A program made the translations under genes and the position numbers. From the sequence record NC_016571.1: DNA of 64,000 nucleotides; one strand, 5' to 3'. Numbering within the stretch: the first letter of the stretch is position 1; each line of letters begins with the position of its first letter. Under the pieces are notes generated by a model, which was not told the DNA's origin, did no database searches, and worked only from the letters and a program-made list of their open reading frames with translations. Below, piece by piece: positions 45,920-54,345 of the stretch.

Positions 45920-47053
45920 ATGAACACTTTCAATTCCCAACGTTGTGACTACATCGAAGTTCTGAACTCTTATCTGATCGAAGCAAACTCTGAAGAGACA
46001 GAGTACGATGTAGATGCAATCCGTGTTCGTCTCAACTTCTGCCAGCAACTGACTGGCGAACAGTTCATGTTGAACAAAGATTATTTACTGAATACCCACC
46101 CAGCTCTGCTGTGCAAAGGTCTGATGGGTGTTCTTCTTCCAAACCTGCCAGGTACCGCTGTAAACCCACGTATCACCACATACGGTTGTGGGGTCGATAT
46201 TGACGGTGACTTCAATATCCACGGTGATTTGGTTATTGGGGTTGATAAAGCATTTGAGGCCAATAATCATATCTCTGCCAGAATTCAAGCGCTGGACCTT
46301 CTGTTTAATTCAGATGCACAGTTTACCGGTTATCCTTTATACCCTAGTGATTGCGCTCCACGTATGTCAATGTACGGTGGAAACAGAATGACTGGTGAAA
46401 GTGAGCGTCGTGACCCACGTGACATTTTCCATAAAGGTTTCGATGTTTCAGAACTGAACCTCGGTGGTGATTTGGTTAACTTGTTTACTCACGTTCCGAA
46501 CCCATTCCCTAAAACAGATATTGTCGGAATGATTGCTCGTAAACATCCTGAGCTTGCTCAAACACGCATGCATCTGGATATGGAGATGCCAATCAGCGAT
46601 GGCACTAAGAACGTCATGGATGCCGTTGTAGCACGTCATTACATGTCTGAGTTCTCCCAGGCCATCGAAGAAGCTGTTGCCCTTCCTGGCCTTGATAAAG
46701 AAATCAAGACTGGGCTCTCCTTAGTGAGCGAAGTGATCAATAAACATTTCTCCGGTCTTGCCATGGACAAAGAGATCCCGAATGAACCAATCTCTATGGT
46801 TCAGATGTGTTCCTTGAAACATCATCCTTCTGTTGTTAACGAACAATATCGTTCAAAGGCGTTCCTCAACGTTATGCCTGCTGAACATGCTGAGAAGTTA
46901 ATGAAGAACATGCAAGTCATGCTGAACCTCATGAGTGAGCAAGATGACCCTGAGTATTACGAATCAGTCAAAACGGAAATTAAGCGTCTCCGTTATATCG
47001 CTGAAGGGGCAATCAAGTCTCATCGTGACGTAAACAGCAAATGGGTTGATTGA
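45920..47053 (+). CDS. Hypothetical protein
   Basis: 377 aa, phage-like codon usage. Confidence 0.75.
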   Translation: MNTFNSQRCDYIEVLNSYLIEANSEETEYDVDAIRVRLNFCQQLTGEQFMLNKDYLLNTHPALLCKGLMGVLLPNLPGTAVNPRITTYGCGVDIDGDFNIHGDLVIGVDKAFEANNHISARIQALDLLFNSDAQFTGYPLYPSDCAPRMSMYGGNRMTGESERRDPRDIFHKGFDVSELNLGGDLVNLFTHVPNPFPKTDIVGMIARKHPELAQTRMHLDMEMPISDGTKNVMDAVVARHYMSEFSQAIEEAVALPGLDKEIKTGLSLVSEVINKHFSGLAMDKEIPNEPISMVQMCSLKHHPSVVNEQYRSKAFLNVMPAEHAEKLMKNMQVMLNLMSEQDDPEYYESVKTEIKRLRYIAEGAIKSHRDVNSKWVD

Positions 47054-47091
47054 TTCAACCCACTTAACCATTTAGTACAGAGGAAAGTAAA

Positions 47092-47895
47092 ATGAACAAC
47101 AACTTTAACTATTATCACAATTCTGGGTTTGGTACGCTTTACATGAACGAAATGTTTGGTCGCTCATCTATCGGTACCAGTCGTCTTCTCGACTGTGTTA
47201 ATATTATCACCAGTGGGATACACAAAACAGTTACTGATAACTTCAACGTTATTGTGAGTACAATGGGTCGTCCCGAGGCTGTTGCTATTTTCCTCAACAA
47301 CTTGGAAAGGGCCACTGACCGTGACCGACTCACGTATATTGAACAATCAGTGGCTCATCTTCGTGGTGAGGGCGTTCTCAGAAAAGAGGAGTCTAAATGG
47401 GGTGCGGATCTCTTTGAGGGGGATTACATGGAGAACTTGGCTAAGTCTCCTAAACTGGTCTCCATGTTAGCGCTGGTAACAATAAGTCGTACCATAACAG
47501 ATCCTAACAACCCAGTTATTAAACTCCGTATCAAACTGGCCGAAGACTACAACAACGGCAACAAGGTTCATTTGAATCCAGTAGACGATCAACGTGATAA
47601 GCTAACCAGTCTGAAAACCATTCTTAAAGAGGGTGGTCGTAATACTCGTATGCGGAAAGCCACAATAACAGCTCGTTGGATTGAGGTCATTAAGATTTAT
47701 GTTGACCTGAAGAAAGAGATGTTGAAGAACTCATTGGAAAAGACCATCTGGTTGAAAGATGAGAAAGCGAAAATCGATTCTGATCCTAAACTTCGTGCTG
47801 GTGTACGAGACCTGGTCGACGATATTGAAGATCTGATCCGGTTCACTGATGAACTCCCAGAAGAAGTGTTAGAAGTATTCCGTAAAGCAATCTAA
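47092..47895 (+). CDS. Hypothetical protein
   Basis: 267 aa, GAGGA SD. Confidence 0.75.
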   Translation: MNNNFNYYHNSGFGTLYMNEMFGRSSIGTSRLLDCVNIITSGIHKTVTDNFNVIVSTMGRPEAVAIFLNNLERATDRDRLTYIEQSVAHLRGEGVLRKEESKWGADLFEGDYMENLAKSPKLVSMLALVTISRTITDPNNPVIKLRIKLAEDYNNGNKVHLNPVDDQRDKLTSLKTILKEGGRNTRMRKATITARWIEVIKIYVDLKKEMLKNSLEKTIWLKDEKAKIDSDPKLRAGVRDLVDDIEDLIRFTDELPEEVLEVFRKAI

Positions 47896-47953
47896 CATTA
47901 CTTCACTCCCAATAACTCGTAAACAATTAAACCCATTAATTAAGGATTTAACC

Positions 47954-48391
47954 ATGACTAAGATTAAAGCATCCACTCCAGACGTCGCTCCTAACAACCC
48001 GTTCAAAGATGTATTCGGTCCAGCAGCGGCAGAGCGCAAACAACTGATCAATAAGATCAAAGGTATCCACGCTAAACGTAATGAACTGCGTGGCGTGTCT
48101 GGCACCAAAGAGCAGTGGAATGCTCTCACTAAAGAAATGCACTCTGTTCAGAACCGCATTAATGAACTGAACGTTCAACTGGGTATTGAGGTGAAAGTGT
48201 TCCCCGCTCCGGTGGATAAGAAACACTTCAATGAACAGAAAACTGGACGCTTGCGCACAGATCGTAAGCAAGGCGAATTCAAACATTACAAGGGTCGTCC
48301 ACAAGGTGGATTCAAACGTGGCGAGGCTATTGTAGTCGGTGCAGAAACTTCAGCTGACAAATCTCGGGTCACTGGTAATCTGAAGGACTAA
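47954..48391 (+). CDS. Hypothetical basic coiled-coil protein
   Basis: 145 aa, AAGGA SD. Confidence 0.75.
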   Translation: MTKIKASTPDVAPNNPFKDVFGPAAAERKQLINKIKGIHAKRNELRGVSGTKEQWNALTKEMHSVQNRINELNVQLGIEVKVFPAPVDKKHFNEQKTGRLRTDRKQGEFKHYKGRPQGGFKRGEAIVVGAETSADKSRVTGNLKD

Positions 48392-48397
48392 CAGGTA

Positions 48398-48415
48398 GGG
48401 GGAGGAAACTCCCCT
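48398..48415 (+). terminator. GAAA-loop hairpin terminator
   Basis: GGGGGAG gaaa CTCCCCT followed by ATTATTTTGTTT. Confidence 0.65.
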
Positions 48416-48490
48416 ATTATTTTGTTTGATCAAAGGGCGGTTAATCACTTCCCTTTTATGAAACAAACCTAACAATATAGAGAGGTCATT

Positions 48491-48925
48491 ATGTTCCAGA
48501 TTCGTAAGGTTCAAATTAGTAAAGACGGAACTGCAATGTCCGTCCCTGGTCGTAACTTAGCCGAGATCGTTACTATCTTGGTTACTATCAATAACCACAT
48601 CCAAGCCTGGTCAACCGAATTCAGTCATGACTTCGATGTTAGGATCAGTACTGGGTTTGAGTGGAACGAGAAGATTGAAAACAAGTTCTCTCGTAAAGCT
48701 CCCGTCAGGTACATTCGTATTTGGGGTAAGTATCCAGATGACCTAACTCAGGGTTATCGTACTGTTATCGGCATTGAACTGGAAACGCACACCGGAAGGA
48801 AACACCTGGTCATGTTTAACGACCTGCAATTCCCAGAAGTACGTGATACCATCGAAAAGCTGTATAAACGTTTTCATAGCGAGTTGATGAAAAATGACAT
48901 TGAACGAGCACAAGAAAGAAGTTGA
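48491..48925 (+). CDS. Hypothetical protein
   Basis: 144 aa, GAGGT SD. Confidence 0.75.
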   Translation: MFQIRKVQISKDGTAMSVPGRNLAEIVTILVTINNHIQAWSTEFSHDFDVRISTGFEWNEKIENKFSRKAPVRYIRIWGKYPDDLTQGYRTVIGIELETHTGRKHLVMFNDLQFPEVRDTIEKLYKRFHSELMKNDIERAQERS

Positions 48926-49109
48926 GGCTTTGCTAGCTCATGCTAAACGTTACGGTGATTACCAAGGTATTACCGAACATGAACAGCTTCTCTCTGACTT
49001 AGAGAAGTTAACTGAATCCGAATATGCTTCTTATATCAAAGTAAGAAAAATGTTCGGGGCTAACAGTGTCAAACCTATAGTAAGGATTCCCAATGCCAAT
49101 GGCACTTAG
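48894..49109 (+). CDS. Hypothetical protein
   Basis: 71 aa, short overlap chain with neighbours. Confidence 0.6.
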   Translation: MTLNEHKKEVEALLAHAKRYGDYQGITEHEQLLSDLEKLTESEYASYIKVRKMFGANSVKPIVRIPNANGT

Positions 49110-49296
49110 CAGAAAAGAGGTTGTTCTTATTCTTCGTCATAAATCCAAGACGTCCAAGAATAGAACAATGTCTCAAATGTTTGATTTGGAAGCAAACCGA
49201 ATTGAACGTATGGATGACAAAGAGTTCGAAGCATTTGCTAAGGACTTTGTCGGTAAGCAAAATCAAACCACTGTAACTAAAAGGACAACACGATGA
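49093..49296 (+). CDS. Hypothetical protein
   Basis: 67 aa, AAGGA SD. Confidence 0.6.
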   Translation: MPMALSRKEVVLILRHKSKTSKNRTMSQMFDLEANRIERMDDKEFEAFAKDFVGKQNQTTVTKRTTR

Positions 49297-49652
49297 AACA
49301 TGTTCGCTATCTGGATCAGGATTTAGGTACTCCTCTTCCACCTGCTCCAAAGGAAGATTGTTGGGATGCGCTTTTCAAAGGTGGGTTGTCTAAGGCTAAG
49401 AAGATCGATCTCTTCTATAAGCTCCAATCTCAGAAAGAAGCTTCTGAAGGTAATACCCGTCCGACTAACACAATTGAACGTCGTTTGATTGCCAAGCTGT
49501 TTAGTCGTAAGGCTCAAGCCATATGGATGAACTGTACTCTGCGTATCTATGATTACAGAAATGCTAATCTTCGTCCATCAGAAGTTGACATCCGTATTAT
49601 CAACAAGTTATTTGATAATCACGGGGCAATGATCAAGGCTGGTACCATCTAA
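49293..49652 (+). CDS. Hypothetical protein
   Basis: 119 aa, ATGA overlap, AAAGGA SD. Confidence 0.7.
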   Translation: MKHVRYLDQDLGTPLPPAPKEDCWDALFKGGLSKAKKIDLFYKLQSQKEASEGNTRPTNTIERRLIAKLFSRKAQAIWMNCTLRIYDYRNANLRPSEVDIRIINKLFDNHGAMIKAGTI

Positions 49653-49705
49653 CTCCGTATTACCGTAGTACCTCATTAACCATTTTAACCAAGAAGGAAA
49701 ATATC

Positions 49706-50335
49706 ATGGCTGCTAACAAGAAATCCCCACGTAAGAAAGGTTCTGCAACTCGTCGTCGTTCTGTACACATCACCAACGTGATGAACCATGCAATCAACCG
49801 CTTTTACATGATGGGCGATATGAACCATGATCCCATGTCGTTTCACACTAGTGAAATCAACATGTATTTGAAAGGACTTGACCTTTCTATCGCTTTGCAA
49901 GAATTGACCAAATTCTTTTACGCTGAACGTCGTGAATGGATTCTTGGTGTTTACCACTTCTTTAAAGTGGACGGGAGCATTCAAGTTGTTCCTACGGAAG
50001 TCATCATTCAGGACGCACTGCTGAATGAAGTAGCCGATGCAGTAGAGGGTCATATTAAGACTCTGAAAGAATCTATCATCGATGTTGATGATGACCACAC
50101 CGAGGAGAACTACTTCTTCTACGGGTACTACATCAACTTCGGTAACGGGTTAAATATGCCCGCTATGGAAGAGGATATCATCCAGGCATTCTTTAAAGTT
50201 AACAATGACCTGAGTGATGTTAAACCAGAAGTGTGCGAGTGTAACGCTGAGAAAGTTCTTCGTGCCATTGCAGGTGAGAAATTCTCCCTGACCAACTCCA
50301 ACGCTTTAGTAAGCACAATGAAAGAGGTTGTATAA
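49706..50335 (+). CDS. Hypothetical protein with basic N-terminal tail
   Basis: MAANKKSPRKKGSATRRRS...; AAGGA SD. Confidence 0.75.
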   Translation: MAANKKSPRKKGSATRRRSVHITNVMNHAINRFYMMGDMNHDPMSFHTSEINMYLKGLDLSIALQELTKFFYAERREWILGVYHFFKVDGSIQVVPTEVIIQDALLNEVADAVEGHIKTLKESIIDVDDDHTEENYFFYGYYINFGNGLNMPAMEEDIIQAFFKVNNDLSDVKPEVCECNAEKVLRAIAGEKFSLTNSNALVSTMKEVV

Positions 50336-50673
50336 TGAGCAAGATGAAACTGGTATTCACCGCATACGAAGAACGCTGGGATAACTTCACTGTTGATGTC
50401 GTAATCAAAGCCACTCTGAATGGCGTTGAGTTGGACGCTACTTCTTTACCTATGTCGCACAAGCGTGCGACTACTGAAGTGGTTAACCGGGCTGCTATGA
50501 GCCAAATTCAAGACATCGTGGAACAATCCATCAAACGTCTGGGAATGCAGCCCTCTGATTATGACCGTAATCTGACTGACATGTTGAAACAGTTCGAAGT
50601 GTTCTTACACCAGGACTTCCGTGATCAATGTTCAGAATACGAAATCCCTTTCAAACATTTACTTGCCGCTTAA
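50335..50673 (+). CDS. Hypothetical protein (paralog of next gene)
   Basis: TAATG overlap; KLVFT...KATLNG. Confidence 0.7.
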   Translation: MSKMKLVFTAYEERWDNFTVDVVIKATLNGVELDATSLPMSHKRATTEVVNRAAMSQIQDIVEQSIKRLGMQPSDYDRNLTDMLKQFEVFLHQDFRDQCSEYEIPFKHLLAA

Positions 50674-50690
50674 CTTAGAAGGAAAGCGAA

Positions 50691-51041
50691 ATGAAACAGA
50701 CTCTTATCTTTACTGACTTCATCGAAAACATCGAACCTAATCGTTACAGTGTCGAAATGCTGGCTACTCTCAACGGTCACGTGTTAAAGTTCCTTTCTCC
50801 GTATAACGCTGCTGATATCACCAAAGAGAAGAAGGATCAGATCTTCCGTGTAGGTCTGAACACTATCTTGTCTAACGCCATTGCTCATCAGCGCCTTACT
50901 GACGACACTGTGCCTTCGCCGGTTAATATGGCGATGCTGGATAAGTTTGGTATGTTCGATATCAAACAAACCGTTACTTTCAATAACGATCTGAATAAAG
51001 CCGGTCGTGATACTTCTATCCTGTTGGAAGGGATCTGGTAA
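50691..51041 (+). CDS. Hypothetical protein (paralog of previous gene)
   Basis: QTLIFT...LATLNG; AAGGA SD. Confidence 0.7.
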   Translation: MKQTLIFTDFIENIEPNRYSVEMLATLNGHVLKFLSPYNAADITKEKKDQIFRVGLNTILSNAIAHQRLTDDTVPSPVNMAMLDKFGMFDIKQTVTFNNDLNKAGRDTSILLEGIW

Positions 51042-51451
51042 TGGAAACTCGTGAATATCATTTACCTGGTGAATTTGATCTGCGTGTTCCTGGTGTAGAC
51101 AAACGTCAAATTTCTTATGTTATTGGGAAGATCGTCGCCATTCTCATAGAGATGGATAAAGCCGTAGAACAGAGGGCGTTTGGTGTATTTGAGCTTGTCC
51201 TTGATTTACTCCCGATCAAACCTACCCGAATCTATGGGTCGGCTCCTGTTAAATCGATAAGGGTCACTCTTAAGGAATCTGGGGATGGTAAGCGACTCGT
51301 GATTCTACTCGGAGTCCTGAATTGTGTTAACGTCAGAACGGAAGATTATTTCTACGTTGAAGATCTAAAGGCAATCAGGGGCAAACTGATCCGTCATAAT
51401 TTCAAATTAGAACGTGAACTTATGCTGGAGAAGGGGGACGAGGGGAGATAA
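51041..51451 (+). CDS. Hypothetical protein
   Basis: 136 aa, TAATG overlap. Confidence 0.7.
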   Translation: METREYHLPGEFDLRVPGVDKRQISYVIGKIVAILIEMDKAVEQRAFGVFELVLDLLPIKPTRIYGSAPVKSIRVTLKESGDGKRLVILLGVLNCVNVRTEDYFYVEDLKAIRGKLIRHNFKLERELMLEKGDEGR

Positions 51452-51452
51452 C

Positions 51453-52274
51453 ATGTTTGATTTCTTCAGACCTAAACCGATAAGTAAAAAGAAGCTCTTT
51501 GAGATTCATCATGGAACAACACGTTCCGTGATTCTCTTTCATAAGTGGGCAATTAAAATTCCTCACTTGAAATCATATAAGGGGTTCCTTAAGGGACTCC
51601 TTGCTAATATGACTGAACGGTCCATTTGGCATTGTTGTCCTAACTACTTTCTTCCGGTCATCTGGTCTATGCCATTGGGTCTGGTAGTGGTTATGCCGCG
51701 TGTCAAAGCAACCAAACAGGTTACTTGGTATTTACATGCGTTCATGGCCGATTTATTTCATGCTAACAACGATGATAACGATGAAGCCCTTAATGCAAGG
51801 CGGTATTGCGAATACATCCCAAGTAATGTGGCGATGTATAAAGGTAAACCCGTTTGTATTGATTATGGTACCTATATTCACCCCGACGTCACGGAAAAGG
51901 AACTAGACGGGGAGATGTATTATTTAAAGTTAAAGACCAGAAACCTCGTAGAGGAAAAGTTTGGTCCTCAGGACTGGAGTCATTATGGAAACCAAGAAAA
52001 TATTCTCGTTGTACAAGAATCCGCTGAGGTATGTTTGGAGCTATTGGATATTCCAACATTTACCGCTAATGTGGAAAGTAAGGATCGCAAACTTCCACAT
52101 GGATTACTGGCAATGGAAAAGGCAAACGAAGGATCGGTTATTCGGGTCTCTCGGCGTGGTAGTGCTCCAGGAAGTGAATCCCTGGGGGACAATAACGTTA
52201 TCCCACGGAACGTTCCGACTCAGAGACGTCCGATACCGGTTGAAGCGATCCAAACTACCGTGGTACTCAACTAA
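51453..52274 (+). CDS. Protein-kinase-like fold protein with altered catalytic loop
   Basis: GTTRSV...WAIKIP (beta3 Lys), ANMTE (alphaC Glu), VVVMPRV, EYIPSN loop, V.IDYG. ATG 51453 with GGGGAG SD. Confidence 0.6.
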   Translation: MFDFFRPKPISKKKLFEIHHGTTRSVILFHKWAIKIPHLKSYKGFLKGLLANMTERSIWHCCPNYFLPVIWSMPLGLVVVMPRVKATKQVTWYLHAFMADLFHANNDDNDEALNARRYCEYIPSNVAMYKGKPVCIDYGTYIHPDVTEKELDGEMYYLKLKTRNLVEEKFGPQDWSHYGNQENILVVQESAEVCLELLDIPTFTANVESKDRKLPHGLLAMEKANEGSVIRVSRRGSAPGSESLGDNNVIPRNVPTQRRPIPVEAIQTTVVLN

Positions 52275-52452
52275 GACCGCTGTCGGTACGCAGTGTACGG
52301 ATGAGGAGGCTCATCCCATAAAGTTATCTGGTCACAATCAGTTAGCTAAGTTCCTGAATGAGCAGTTAAGAACTGTGGCTAATCAGAAACAACATCAAGA
52401 GCTGAAAGCTCAAATCGTAAATCACAAATTCAAGGAATACAATCATGACTAA
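51985..52452 (+). CDS. Hypothetical protein overlapping the kinase-like gene's 3' end
   Basis: ATG 51985 with GGAG SD; fills the otherwise empty 52275-52444; its stop overlaps the next start. Confidence 0.55.
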   Translation: METKKIFSLYKNPLRYVWSYWIFQHLPLMWKVRIANFHMDYWQWKRQTKDRLFGSLGVVVLQEVNPWGTITLSHGTFRLRDVRYRLKRSKLPWYSTKTAVGTQCTDEEAHPIKLSGHNQLAKFLNEQLRTVANQKQHQELKAQIVNHKFKEYNHD

Positions 52453-53185
52453 GCAACGTAAAACAGTTTACATCACCCACGCTTCTGCACCACACGAGGA
52501 TCGACTCATCATTAAACTGAGTTCATCAGAAGCTGCTGTTCAGGGATCCTGTAAAGCATCAGAAATCTTCCCTACCATCAAATCACTGGTAGCGGAACTG
52601 TTTGCCGAAGACTGGAAGGTCGCTAATCAGATTAACCGCATGGACCGTGAAGAGTTTGCATCCAAATACCACCTCGGATTCACTCCCACGGTACGTCCAG
52701 AATTCAAAGACGACTTCCTTGTTCCTCGCCCTCTGCGTATTCTGGCCGAACTCATTGATGCTCTGCAAAATAAAGAAGACCGCCAAGAAGGCGTGGCAGC
52801 TGTTGTTGAAGCATTGGCCGGTGAAGCCAAAGAAGATGACAACCCAATTTCCGATGTCATTGAAAAGATGTTCGACACTCGTGATTTTGCATGGGCTGTT
52901 GCAGCACAGGGACAGTGCAAAGCGAGTGGTAAAGCGTGGGGCGCAGAATACGAATTACGCTTCACTCATGCTGTAGGTAACTGGTATGTAGAAGGTTATG
53001 TGGGTACCATGAAAATGCGAATTTTCAAAACTCACTCTACCATCCAGATTTATCTGACCACTATGGACTGCAATCAGTTCGATATGTCTCGTTGCGATGT
53101 CAACCTGAGCGTTCATGATAAGTTCGGGTTCCGTGATTGGATCAAAGCACTGGCTAAACGTCAAGCTCCTAAACAGGAAGGCTAA
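52445..53185 (+). CDS. Hypothetical protein
   Basis: 246 aa, AAGGA SD. Confidence 0.75.
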   Translation: MTKQRKTVYITHASAPHEDRLIIKLSSSEAAVQGSCKASEIFPTIKSLVAELFAEDWKVANQINRMDREEFASKYHLGFTPTVRPEFKDDFLVPRPLRILAELIDALQNKEDRQEGVAAVVEALAGEAKEDDNPISDVIEKMFDTRDFAWAVAAQGQCKASGKAWGAEYELRFTHAVGNWYVEGYVGTMKMRIFKTHSTIQIYLTTMDCNQFDMSRCDVNLSVHDKFGFRDWIKALAKRQAPKQEG

Positions 53186-53415
53186 TGAAAGAAGCTTTAA
53201 TAATAATTCTCATGGTTGTGGTAGCGTTAGTGCTACCCACCATTACCGCCTTCTATGTCCACACACTGTTTGAAGAGTTAAACATTATGGATCTCTTTAT
53301 GCTCTGGCTTGGGTGTGTTGTGATGTTCTCCGTAATCACCATTGGCATATTAGACGCAGTGTCCCCCACGTTAGTTCGTGGGGAATTCTCTAACAGAAAT
53401 CATCGGGGTGTATAA
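53185..53415 (+). CDS. Small two-TM membrane protein
   Basis: Two hydrophobic helices, TAATG overlap. Confidence 0.7.
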   Translation: MKEALIIILMVVVALVLPTITAFYVHTLFEELNIMDLFMLWLGCVVMFSVITIGILDAVSPTLVRGEFSNRNHRGV

Positions 53416-53900
53416 TGATTAAAGAAATCTCTACGTGGTTGATTGATCCTATTGATAATAACTGTGGGATCACGTTAACCGATGCTCAAATAACAGCATT
53501 ATCTATTTGGTTGACATTGGCTTATAATGACCCTCATGTGAAACCTTTGTGGTTTGCTCGCTGTGGTGAGTTTGCAACGCGTGATGGTCACACCATCAAG
53601 CTGAAGGGCATGGATGGCTGCATGTCTATGGATACGGTAATTAAGTTCCTGAAATCTATCAACTCTATCTGTGGCGGACCACTACATCACGAATATAATC
53701 GTGATGGGCTCTACTCAGTTAAAGTGATAGATGAAATTCTGGGTTACTACGATAGCCGTGATCGTAGTTGTTCGTCCATTGGCTTACGCTATACCGATGA
53801 CATGAAGGTTTGGTACGGGGTCAAAGCTAAAGTCTCTCAGGGTGCTGAACTAACATCCGTTAATTACAAGTTCGACAATTTGACTTTAGGTCAATTCTAA
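53415..53900 (+). CDS. Hypothetical protein
   Basis: 161 aa, TAATG overlap. Confidence 0.7.
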   Translation: MIKEISTWLIDPIDNNCGITLTDAQITALSIWLTLAYNDPHVKPLWFARCGEFATRDGHTIKLKGMDGCMSMDTVIKFLKSINSICGGPLHHEYNRDGLYSVKVIDEILGYYDSRDRSCSSIGLRYTDDMKVWYGVKAKVSQGAELTSVNYKFDNLTLGQF

Positions 53901-53931
53901 TTTAACCATTCTCCTATAGAGGTAGTAACAA

Positions 53932-54282
53932 ATGAAACGTGCGGTGATTCTCGTTGTAGCTATTAGTATGATTCTTACAGGTTGTTTTATGGAACCAAAC
54001 TCTACTAATACTGAGATCAGTGCTGGCAGTCATTATTTAAAAGGTCAGGTAATAGCCCTAGAAGCGTGTTACAGCAACGCGACTGACGTAGGGTCTACTT
54101 GTGTGGGTGTTGTCGATAACAACGGTCAGAAGCGCGCTGGTCGCGTTATGGGTGATATACGGATAGGTTCAAACGTCTATAAAGAATGTACCATCAGTGA
54201 AAGGGGTAATACCTGTTCCAATGTTTGGAAAACCTCTGTGGGAGAAGGTTATTTGAAGGGCGGTGAAATAGTTAACTTGTAA
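53932..54282 (+). CDS. Lipoprotein with four additional cysteines
   Basis: MKRAVILVVAISMILTGC lipobox; GAGGT SD. Confidence 0.8.
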   Translation: MKRAVILVVAISMILTGCFMEPNSTNTEISAGSHYLKGQVIALEACYSNATDVGSTCVGVVDNNGQKRAGRVMGDIRIGSNVYKECTISERGNTCSNVWKTSVGEGYLKGGEIVNL

Positions 54283-54319
54283 ACATAATAGAGAACCTAC
54301 CCATTACGGGTAGGTTCTC
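54282..54319. repeat. 38-bp inverted copy of 39060-39097; bidirectional terminator between convergent genes
   Basis: AACATAATAGAGAACCTACCC attac GGGTAGGTTCTC. Confidence 0.85.
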
Positions 54320-54345
54320 TAGTTTATAATCTATTCATTTTTTTT

